Of a DNA stretch of 64,000 nucleotides, positions 14,101-26,100 are shown one piece after another. Each line of letters opens with the position of its first letter. Position 1 is the first letter of the stretch. This DNA is from Perna viridis. Lineage: Eukaryota. The stretch is taken from the NCBI GenBank assembly GCA_037379345.1, contig CM074522.1, forward strand, positions 24,304,001 through 24,368,000, given 5' to 3'. A program made the position numbers and the translations under genes. The notes beneath the pieces were generated by a model. It was not told the origin of the DNA, made no database searches, and saw nothing but the letters and a program-made list of their open reading frames with translations.

Positions 14101-17100
14101 CAAAGACTATAATTCTAACGAGGAGTCGTCCGAAAACTTTGATCCCTTTCACAATTTTGTAGGCCTAATCATACGGATTATTTTAGCTACTGATAGTTTC
14201 ATCCTATCTATTATCTATCATAGTTTTCAAGATATTGGCTGAAGACTGTAAAAAAACCCCGCCATTTGTCACCTTTCAAGGGCAATAACTCTTACATGGA
14301 GTCATCTGACAACTTTGATCCTTGAAGACTTTTGTAGGCCTTATAACAAGGATCATTTCAGCAATTGAAAAAATTCGGTTAGACCTAAATGTTTTGGAGA
14401 TATATGAAAAAACCTTCTTACCGACCCCTTTGTTCTATTCGGCGGCCATGTTTTTCGACGGATCAGAAATCTCCACATCAGTTCTATGCGGTATAATCCA
14501 AGGAACACTCATACCAAGATTGGCTCCAAGTAGTCTCAGAAAAAAAGAGTTTTGAAAAATAGTAAACAACGACGACGGACGACGACAGACGACAAGTGAT
14601 GGCAATAGCTCAAATGGCCTTCGGCCAGGTGAGCTAATTAAACGTTAACTTTAGACCAATTGAATTATTTCCAAAGTATGTTACACCAGGGATGTATAAA
14701 CAATTTTGTATAGTTTAAAGCTGCAGTATATATATGTATATACAGTATTGTTGGCTGATATGTTTGACTACATATGAATATCAAAAATATCAAAAATAAT
14801 ACATAAATAATCTAAACAGATGGGATTTTCTCCGTTTTACCTACATTCACCAACGTTCATTATGAACGCTTGAGCTGTTGCTATTCTATGTTAATCTCTT
14901 TTGTCTCTGTTTGTGTAAAAACTTTGTCACTTCCTCTTTATGGTCCATAATCTGTTGTGTAATTGTATTCCAGAGGATAATTTTTCAAGTAACTGTCAAG
15001 TCTATTTTCGAATGTTTTAACTTTGATGATTGATACAACATGATTAGGTAGGCTGTCTCATGTGTCAACTACACGGTTGATGAAAAATATTTCTGAACAT
15101 CAAGTCTACATCTCCGTTTCACAACTTTCATACAGTGGCCTTTGGCGGTATTCCTATTCAATATTAACATTCCATCTGTCGTTTTCTCATCATAATTTCC
15201 GGTTAGTATTTTAGAAGTTCCAATCATATCTCATCGTAGCCGTCTGCATTTGAGTGTTAACAGTTTCAATATTTCCAACTTTTCTTGATTACTTTTCTCT
15301 AACATGAGCACTTTTCTGGTGGGAAGCGTAGCATTCATTCAAAGCTCCAGTCGTAGTGGTTGTTGAGATCATGCATGTTGTAAAAGTTCAACGTCATCTT
15401 CAGTTTTGATCTCTAAACAATTTGGTGTCATCAGCGAACAAAAATACTTCTGATAATACGCATTCAGGTAAATCTCTAATAAAGATGGCAAAACGTATAG
15501 GTCCAAGAGCAGATCCTTCAGGAATGCCGCTTGTGACTTCATGCCAATGTATATGGACATGTTGCTTTTTATCAGTCAGTTAGAAAATTCTGGATCTAAT
15601 AACAGGTTTTGTCACTAATACCATACTTTTTTTAAACTTCAGTAGAAGGCATTTGTGAGGGAATTGCTTCAAATGCCTTGAAAAGTCCATGTAGATGGAG
15701 TGTATTGTTCCACCTACTGATAAATCCAAACTTTTTGTTACTGAAGAGGTTTGGAGTGTTTATGTGGTCAGCTATGTTTTGCGTATTAGTTTTTCCATAA
15801 TTTTACATATTACGCTGGTAAGACATACTGGTCGGTAATTGGACGGTAAAGTATTATCTCCCTTTTTGAACAAAGCTGATATCTGACCAATTTTCCATTG
15901 TTGTGGCACGACGCCGCTGTTGAAACTTTCGTTTAATATCATGCAAAATGGAGTATCGATTATATCTGCCAACTCGAATAAAAATTGTGGGTGTATTTTG
16001 TCTGAACCTGTTGATTTCAACGTGTTAATTTCCTTAAATATCTTTGTAATGTCTTTTTTATTAATGGTGAATCGGAAGATGATAAAACATAATAACTCTT
16101 TCCATTGTCAACTGGGTTATCCGTCTCCAGTGTAAATACGCTACTGAAAAATTCAGCGAGTACTCGGCTTCGTCATAATCTGTTGTAGCAACAAAAAGAG
16201 TTCCTTCAACTTCAGTGTGAAATTCTGATATACCAGAAACGGATTTGCGTTTGGAGTTCACATATTTCCCAAAACAATTGCAATTGGATTTGCCAGATTT
16301 TGCAATAATTTCTCATTTTCTTTCATTTTTTGTTACTGAGTTCTCATTATTTCTCCCTTTCCAATAATCTCTATAATGTTTACTGTCCTTGTTTCTATAT
16401 AGCGGATCCACAATCTATGTTTTCGCTTAATGCACTTGACTGCGTCTTTCGACAATTGCATTTTGCTCTATTTACTACGTGGTTTTCTCTTTGGAATACA
16501 ATTGTCCATTCCCTGTGTAATTGAATATGGTAATCATGTCATCAGTATTATTGTTACTACAGTTGGTTCCAATCTAAATCTAGTTCCTTCCTTATTTTGT
16601 CATAATCTTCTTTGAAATAGTTGTATTTCTCGCTAACGATTGAGCCATAGATTATAAAACAATTATAATTAAAGTTCAGAATGTAGTGACCACGTGATCT
16701 AAGTTGGTTTTCATACCAGATTTTCGAAACTCGATTATTGTCATTTGCTATTAATAGATCTAGAACTGAAGGTTCCTGGCGTCGATTTCACAAAAAGTCG
16801 TAAGTGTAAAGTTGATCGGAAGTAATGACGTCACAACCTAAATTAGCATTGTGACGTCATAATTTACGATCAATTTTACACTTACGACCTTTTGTGTAAT
16901 CGACGCCTCATTTATACGATATCTCGTAGGTTTATCCACCAGCTGGTCAAAGTAGCAATCACGGGTACATTCAATAAATTTCAAGTATATGTTATCTTTT
17001 CCACTTCATTTTGACAAATCAATCTTAGGAAAATTAAAGTCTCCAGTTATAAGGATGTGGCTGAATTTACTTTTATAAGTAGCTCATTTAGTTCCAATAA

Positions 17101-20100
17101 GTAAGTGTCATCAGATGAAGAGCTTTTGTATATGCAGCCTATGAGCAGTTTATCATTGTCTCTCAAATTTATTTATATCCATACATGCTCTTTGAAATTC
17201 GATTCAATTTTGACCTCTACAGCTTTAACTTCAGTTTTACTTATATCTTATTCCTTGCCCTTCCCCTGATGGGAAACTATGTGGGAACATCTCATAACCT
17301 ATCAGTGATAATTCACCCTTGTTAAGTTTATATCTAGAGTTCTTCGGTAAAACCTCGGCGAACATAATACTATCTGGAGGTAATTTATAATCACCCATAT
17401 AACGAAGTTTTAATTCATCAAATTTGTTTATAAAACTGTCTGCATTCGTGTAAATGCATTTTACTTCATTTAATTCGCAATGTTCAACATTTCTGGTTTT
17501 AGAAACTATTTTACCGTTTAAATTCTTTCTACCAACATAATTGTCAACTAGCACATTTACATTGCTTCGTTCAGTATCTCTATCACGTACATGTATATTT
17601 ATGTTTGCTTTGGAATCTTTACAGTTCTCATGGCCCACGGTGGGCCCCTTACTATCCCCGACTTTTCATTGTCGTTTTTTGCCTTTGCCTCTTCAAATTT
17701 CTTTTTTGTAGTTATCTCTCTTATCATTTGTTATGTCATGTGATACACTTATACTTAAGTATGGACTTTCTTTATCAGTACCTTTCAATCTAGTTAAATT
17801 CTTCATGAATGAGCGTTTTGAATCGGTCTCTAATCACACTTTTTTCACGGGTCTAGCTTTCGACTTTTCATCATCTTTTATCTCCGGTCGCTTCCCAATT
17901 CTAGTGATATTGTCATTGTTATATTCAACTTCCAAATAGGTGTTCAAATTTTTGATATGTTCAGCATCACTTTGCTTTCTAGTTGCACTGCCATCACCCT
18001 TGCATTTTTTTGCATCACGAATAATTATGTTTTTTTCCCTTAGAATACTCTCACGTTACATTTGGTACGATTGTAAATCCTGCTGGAGGAGGTAGACCTA
18101 GGGTAATAGACACAACTCTTAAAAATCATTGGAACGTTTGTATTCAGCATTTTACATAAATTTCATGTAAGCATCAAAGTAACTTGGACTGATTTCATTC
18201 TGCTTCAAATGAAAGCTTGATAGGCTATGGTGAAATTGAATATGATACAAGCATATAACTGATTTCAAGCCATGTCCGTTACGGCAGGTCTACCTCCTAA
18301 AGCAGTTCAGATAGTTTTATATAAGAGATCGAAGTCTCGATTTTAATAAAATCTTACAATTTACAGGGATAAGGCTAATTGGTATTTATGCAGTTGACGA
18401 TGATGAAGAGGCAAGTGCTCTCAGCCATTTTTCTGAAGGCGTTGATATATACTCAAACAGTTGGGGGCCTCAAGACAAAACAGGTTTCGGTAAACCTGGG
18501 ACCATTACAAATATGGCACTTAAAGAAGGTGTAACTACGGTTAGTAAATGAAATTATAATTAAATGTGTTTCTCACCTGTGAATTCCGAGAACCATCATC
18601 CGATAGAATGAATAGTTATTTTTTCCCCTTGATTCATGGATACGTAATAAGGGCATTTTACTTGAAATTATGTTGACTTGTAAAAATGCAACTAGACAGA
18701 AATTTTTTCAAACATTTTGCATCGAAACTGTTTTTTCTCTGAAATGCTTGTATCAGGGTTCCCACATGTTTGCCTTGGTGAAATTCAAGGTCTTTTCTAG
18801 GTCTTTTCACGGATTTTTCAAACAATTCGGGCATTGACATCGTGTACTAAGTTACAGCGCTAAAGTATTCCTACAAGGAGGCCAGCGAAAGCTATATTGA
18901 TAAAGTAAAGCTGACCGAGTGGTCTAGGGCGCTGGACTCTGTGCAAGCGGTGTTGCCAAAGATGTCACAGCGGTACGAGTTCGAGTCCCGCGGAGGGAAC
19001 GACAAAACATTTGTTTTGCAAATTTGACAGTTCTAACATTTTTGGAATGTTTTGCAGACCCTTTTTAAGTTCGTTTAAGTGGTAACATGTATACACATGA
19101 CTATACAAATAATTAAATGTAAGTTTTTCATCATTCAGTACGAAAGTTTCAAAATTAACCGTGTGAATTAAATAACAATACCTCTTAATTCAATTTAAAC
19201 ATATCTGTATCATGCCATATTTTTATTTGCAAAATTATCAGAAGAACATGATATGGCATTCAAATTATTTGACTGAACATGAAGGAGTAATCAAAGGAAC
19301 CAAGGTTATAGCAGTAATCAAAAGAACGCAATCCAGGGACAAAGACCAGACATGGAAAACTGACATACACAACAAAGAACATAAAGTAACTAAAATCATA
19401 CTTACAAAGTAACAAAACCAAATGAGCAACTCGGACTCCACTAAAAACTGGGAGCATGGACCAGGTGCACGGGTAGGGTAAGCGTCCTCTGCTTTTCTAG
19501 AAACAACCGCCGAGTTGCTATAAAAAATCAAGTCCGGGGTAGACAAACGAGGAAAGGAAAACTATGACCTGTTGAATAAATCAGTTTTCATGGTGCAGAT
19601 GGATACACCATAACAATCCACGAGTTCACGATGACGACCATAAAACTTCTGTAGTGATGACTTCAATCTTGTAGCAACATAACCCTGTTCCAGATGTCTA
19701 TTTGTTAGTGTTCTATAAAAATAGAAACTATCCATATAAATGTCAATAAGGCAATCTTAACGTCATGATTTTTGCAAATATTGTTCATAGTGGTACTTAA
19801 CAGCCCCTAAGGCAGTTGACTCTGTCTAACTGAAGGCCTCCATCGCCACTTAAACAAAGGGGGGACAATTTGTAAACAATAAAAAAAACATATGGATCTT
19901 TATCGATAGTTTCTAAATGACATAATTTAGTAGGAACACATCTAAATAGAGTTAAACAGACATAAATATTGCCACGAAAATGAATTTATACGAAGATGTT
20001 TAATGATCTTCAAAAAATTTTATCCGACAATATTGTCGTTGGAACTCTCCGTTACTTATTATAACACAATTTTCAACTGCCGATTTCGTTAAGATACTTC

Positions 20101-23100
20101 ATTACACTACCATTTAAAATAGAGAGTTGTCAATTGTAGGCACATACGTATAAATTTCCGTTCCCAAAATGATCCTGAAATACGCACGGAATTCAGAGAA
20201 ATCACATATTTTTCTCGCTCTTCCTTAATTAAAGTAGCCAATCGGCCATCTTGGTATCCCGGTGGAGCAGTAGTTGGCTGGGATGTTCAATGCTTTGTTT
20301 CAGAGGGGATTTTTAACTTTCTCATTCTAAATTTGTAAAAAAAATCCGGGCTAATGATACAAAAAAAAATCAAAAAGTAATAATGGAATTCATTAATAGA
20401 CAATCAGGACTCCCCAAAAAAGACCTCAATTTGGTTGTAACTCAACCTAGACCTTCTAGATGCTTCCCAAGATACATGAAATTGGGAACCCTCGGAGACT
20501 GACTACTCAGCCTGTAGCTGTCCTACTGCATACATTTCTAGTTTTCTTCACGACGTTTTCATGCCCATCGTGGAGAACCTACCTTCATATATAAAGTACA
20601 CTACCCATGCCTTCTGTAATCTTGATTCTTTTTAGTTTGAGAGTTTAGATTTCAAACATTTCACTATGAATGTGACAGTCCTGTATACAAGCATCCCAAT
20701 TAATGATGCTATGATTGCTTTGGAGCATTTCCTTGACTGAAGACCCAATCCTAATGTCAAAACTGACATCGTCTTAAGGCTTGTCGAACTTGTCCTTAAC
20801 CTCAATGCCTTTAATTTCGATGGCAAACACTATGGGGGTGGCAATGTCCACTAAATTGGACCCAGATTTGCTTGTCTATTTGTTAGCTACTTGGAGAAAA
20901 AATGTTCTCTAAGAACATAGGCCCGAACCAGATCTTTACAAACGATACATAGATGATGTCTTTGGGGTGCAAAATATGATTTGATGACTTTCATCAATTT
21001 TGTTTCTTCTAACCATTCAGCCAAAGGATCATTTCTTTCCTTGACATCAATTGTAAAATGGGAAATTTTCAACCTGTCTTTTACAAACCCACGGATGCAC
21101 ATTTCTACTTTATTTATCAGTCCTGTCATCCTCAGTCATGCAAAAATGCCATTCCCAAGTCACCATTTCTGAGATTTCGCCGTATTTGCAGCGATGACCA
21201 ATGTTTCAGGGTTCAATGTAACACGATGAAATTTTTTCTTTGTCAAGAGAGGCGATCCAAACAAAGTTCTGGATCGAGCGATCACGTCAGTTTCCCAAAT
21301 TAAAAGATTTGAGTCTATGGAAAAGAGGATGAGCAACGCAAGAGACCGCGTTCCTTTGGTCTTGACATATCCTCACAATGTTACAATCCAGAACATCCTG
21401 ATTTGCAACTTTAATCGATAGTTCGTAGAGACGTAAACATGTCCTCAGTATTCACCGATTTGCTGCCAATTACTCCCTGTAGAAAGGGAAAACGTCTGAA
21501 AGCGCACTTTGTTACGAGTTCTTTCTACAGTGCCACTAGACGCCCCGCCAGTTACATAGGTACACGCTGTTTGACATGCCCGTTTCCTCGGGAAACTGAT
21601 CAGGTGGTCGGGCTAGCAAACGTCTTTGAATTAAAAGACTGTTTCACCTGTTCCTCAGAAAACGTCGTCTTTGCTGTGGTTTGTAACCGCTGTAAAATGG
21701 TTTATGTGGACGAGACCTATCGGAGATGGGATAATTATGTTGTAGAACACAAAGCATCACCAATGGAAAGGATTATCCAGTCGGGGAACATATTTTCCTA
21801 AGGCAAACCTTCTCGTGCAGGTCCGGGTGTCAAAGGAATAGGCCTGTAGCAGCGCTAAGCTTGTCGTAAAAGGCGACTAAATAGTGCTCAGAAACCTACC
21901 CGGGGTATAAGCGGTCTGCCCACAGGGCAACTGGGATGTATGCCCCAGGTGGTGAAATGGGGTACCCCTAGCATGTTATATGCTGGGGTTGTCAGCCTAT
22001 AATACGGAAAACCTGATCGCAAACCATAGTGGTGCACCGTGCTGGGAAAGAAGCCAGTTTCCTTGCACGTTAAAGAACCCTGCCGTGGTATTCGATAGGA
22101 GTAGGAACCTTTGCGCAGGAGGCTAAACCGCCCGATTCTACCTATCTCTCTCTTTTATCTTGTGGAAATCAAAATGTCGACCCTATTATTCTTGTGTCCC
22201 ATCCCTTTCATGTTCATCGCCTGAATATAGCTGAGATATTGCTGCTCGGGCGTTAAACCCCAACAATTAATCAATCAATCAATCAGTCCTAAGGCAAGTC
22301 ACAGAGTTGACGACATGAAAGTTACTGTCCTTTTGAAAACATGTTCAAGAGAAAAACAATGCAAGTTCCTAGAACAGCGTATCATCAGCTGTCTTTGGGA
22401 CTGCCCATCTCTTTGGAATGACTGTCAAAACCCGCATTATTTAGTCACCACAACACGGTTTTGAACTACTTTTCGTTTTAAAAATTTTCATTTTGAAATT
22501 GACGCATATCTCATAATGTGGTAGAGATTGACTGTTTTATCCTGAATAATAATTGCCCCTGACGAAGGCCATAAGGCTAAAATTTGGGATCATATTTTTC
22601 AATGGTTGTTTATTTCATTCATATTTAATTTGTATTTAGTTCCTTTTTACCTTTTAAAGGAGGCTATTGACGCATAGCATAGTTTTTTTTTCTATATAAC
22701 TGAATATCTCCCTACATGTGGATGTATTTGGTTAATCTTCTACTAGTATGCATTAATTATGTGTTGCGACATCTGTGTTTACGAAAAAAAGAAAGTGGAA
22801 TTGAAATATGCCAAATAAAATGTTTCTTAGATCTGTGGCAGGTTTCTTAAAAAATCAAATTGAAATGTTTCCTCAAATCCTACCTCATCTAAAATTTCGA
22901 CCGGTCAGATCACTTGAAATTGAATATTTAAGGAAATACTCATGATTTGAGGAATATTATTTTTTTGAACCCATGAAAGGTACAAAATGTTCACCAAATA
23001 GAATATTAGGAAACACCATTGGATTAGAACTACCCCGATTTTGAGTTGTTAATCCGAATTTGTTTACGTTGATTTAAGCAGTTATATATTATGTACATGT

Positions 23101-26100
23101 ATATGTCTATCGCTGCGTGCAATCTGTGTTTCTAACCCGTAATGACAATGTTTCTACTAAAATAGGTAACAAAAATTCTATAGATCACTGAAGCATCGAT
23201 CATCAAGGCAGATTCTATATTTCACAATATCTGTTCCTTTTAGATTCGACGTCTTATTGATTGACAACAGACCGACCATTACACCTTCCAGCCACAGTAA
23301 AGCACTAGTCAACGTGGCTTAGTCAAATAATTTACTATAGTTCTCTATTACAATTTTTAATCACATGGCTTTCCTGAGAAAGCGTTTAAATTGCTATGTT
23401 TTGTCATCATAGTTTAGATGCCCATTTCTAGAGAGGTAAGATTTATTTTATTTTATACCGGAAGTGGATGTGTTAATTTTGTTATTATTTTCTTTTTAAT
23501 CATAGCACATTATTATATTCAATGACTTTGCTCTTGTATCTATTCCGTGGCCCGACCTTTTCAAGACATATTTTAGGGGGGGGGGTTAAGTCTATACTTA
23601 ATTTTAAACAATGCTTTTGCCCCCAGCATGTCCCGGTGTCAGCACTAAGCTTGTCGTAAGAGGCGACTTAAGAGTGCCCAGAACCCTGGCTGGGGAAGGG
23701 GGGGGGGGCAGGACGCTCTGCCCACAGAGCAACCGGGTTGTTTGCCCCAGGACATGCTGGGATCATAATACAGTAAACTTGACCGCAAACCATAGTGGTA
23801 CAACGTGTTTGGAAAGATGTTGCACCATTCGCACGTTGAAAAAAGCCCTGCTGTGTATTTTATCGGAGTAGGAACCGTTATGCGTTGCCACAAGGAGGCT
23901 AAATCGACCCCATTTTTCTTGTGTCCCATACAATTTTTCATTTTTTTCATTTCATCATCATTTCATTTTCATTTAATCACCCATTTGATGTTCATATCCT
24001 GGATTTAGCTGAAATATTGCTGCTCGGACGTAAAACCCCCAACAATCATTCAATTAATCAATCAAAAAATGCTTATAAAATATGTCCTATATTCAAGCTA
24101 CATGAATATTCTTACGCAGGTATGGCTGTCAATAAATGTTAAAATGAACTCATTTTTTCCCACATTTCATTTCTTTTAAATCTTATAGTAAAATACTGAA
24201 CTCAAGGCTGTTTTAACGACTGATTTCTATGTATTTGAATGGGACCCATTCTCGTGAAACCACGGAGTCAAGAGATGAGACTTACATTTGCTTATGTTCC
24301 TTTCCTGATTATATCAGTGTTTACTACAAAATACTTATTTCTTTAGTGAGAAGATGTTGTCGTGCGTTTAAATGATTTGGTTAAAATTCAAATAAAATAC
24401 ATGTGTCTTAAGGTAAAAATAGGAAAAAAAAATCAAAAACTCCAGTGTCCAATATTGCTTATTTTTAGTGTATTAAGTCATCCTTGCATGTACATTGTAA
24501 ACATTAACAGGTTTTGTTAACCCTGTTTTTAGTATGTATATTTCGTGGTGAGAATAAAGATCAAGGTCACAAGAAAATGCATGTTAATAACGTCGAAAAT
24601 ATAATGTATGATGTCGACCTTTTAAATGACCATAATGAATAAAAAAATGACCTTGAAATTTAAAATCTAGCCTTTTTATGTTCTTGTGAATAATTTTGCA
24701 GTACTAGTAAGCTAATTACTTTAAATGTGAAGATATTAATGAAAAAAACTAAAACATGTCATTTTCTAGAAAAATTACCGATGGTTACCAACTTAACTCT
24801 TCAATTTTTTCGAAATCGAAAGATGGCACATGTCTAATATTTATATAATTTTCTTTTGCAATGACAGTACTATCCAGTTTTGATAGATAAAGCCATTAAA
24901 GGCACACACATATCTGTACTGTTTGGTGTTGAACATTACTTAAAAGGTTATTGAAAAATGAAAAAAAGTGACTGCTTTTTGAAACAATTGTAAATACTTT
25001 TATACCCTAGTATCTGAACATATGGATGTTACTACTCATGGAAATTAACTGTATTATTATCAAGTAGTTGTCAAACTATCTACAGTAGAAATTTATAATC
25101 ATGCTAATGTCTGTATTAATGGTTTCCATGGTAACAAGTCCATTGATATTGTAAAATTTCCCATTCGGTAGTTAAGGTAAATGCTAAATGTTGGTTTCCA
25201 TGGCAACGGGTTTGCAAAAATAAAGATTTAAATTAAGTTCGATGTTTAAATGTCAAATAGATATATTTTAAAAATTAAAAAAAAGAATGGAAAGTTTCCA
25301 AATGATTTTGATCCATACAGATAATGGCTTTTAATCTCTAATAAATACAGGGTAGAAATGGAAAAGGTGCTATTTACTTGTTTGCCGCAGGCAATGGAGG
25401 AACTTCATACGACAACTGTAATGCTGATGGATATGTAAACAGTATCTACACTATCGCCGTAACAAGTGTTGAACAGGGACAAAATGCCTGGTACGCAGAG
25501 GTCTGTGCTGCTGCATTAACAGCTGCTTACGGTGGAAGTGATGGATTAAAATTGGTAAACCATTTTGTAAATTGTTTATATATTCTATAAAGCTATCAGG
25601 CTTAATGTAACATTCCTAAATATACTTTTAATTTTGTGCAATTTAGATTAGTAAAGCCTTGGTAATTTAGCACTTTAAGAATGTATTAACATACTTTCTA
25701 GTATGAACCCTTTTTATAATAAAGGATCATTCAGCCACGCATATTTGTTTTGTGTATTTCGATTGTTGAATATAAAGGCAGGGAAAATAAGTGGAAACAG
25801 TGTATCTTATATGTACCGATGGACGGAATATATAATGAATTAATATATTTTCTTTTTATGTGAATAAAACCAATTCTTTTTTAACTATGATATATATTCT
25901 TACATTTCAGACAACAACAACTACCAGCGCAGGATGTACGATCAATAATATTCAGGGCACATCATATTCTACACCATTAGTGTCGGGAATTATAGCCTTA
26001 ACATTGGAGGCAAAGTAAGTTTTTTTTTATTCCAAACCATAACAAAGACATATGTTTGAAAAGCCTTACGTTCCATAATTCCTTTACCCGCGGGAATGTG

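Larger units (their letters stand above)
20390..22640 (+). mobile_element. Decayed Penelope-type retroelement (RT + C-terminal GIY-YIG), interrupted by an insertion
   Basis: LPKIHEIGNP, YIKYTTH, LYTSIP, KRYIDDV, SCHPQSCKNAIPKSPFLRFRRICSDD, CLTC...FTCSSENVVFAVVCNRCKMVYVDET; hammerhead remnant near 22560. Confidence 0.88.

Noticed and set aside
21911-22135. HDV-like ribozyme (GGGCAAC ... GGCTAA + possible P2)
   Set aside because: No P1 3' strand between P3 and GG, and the putative P2 is not preserved in the second copy.
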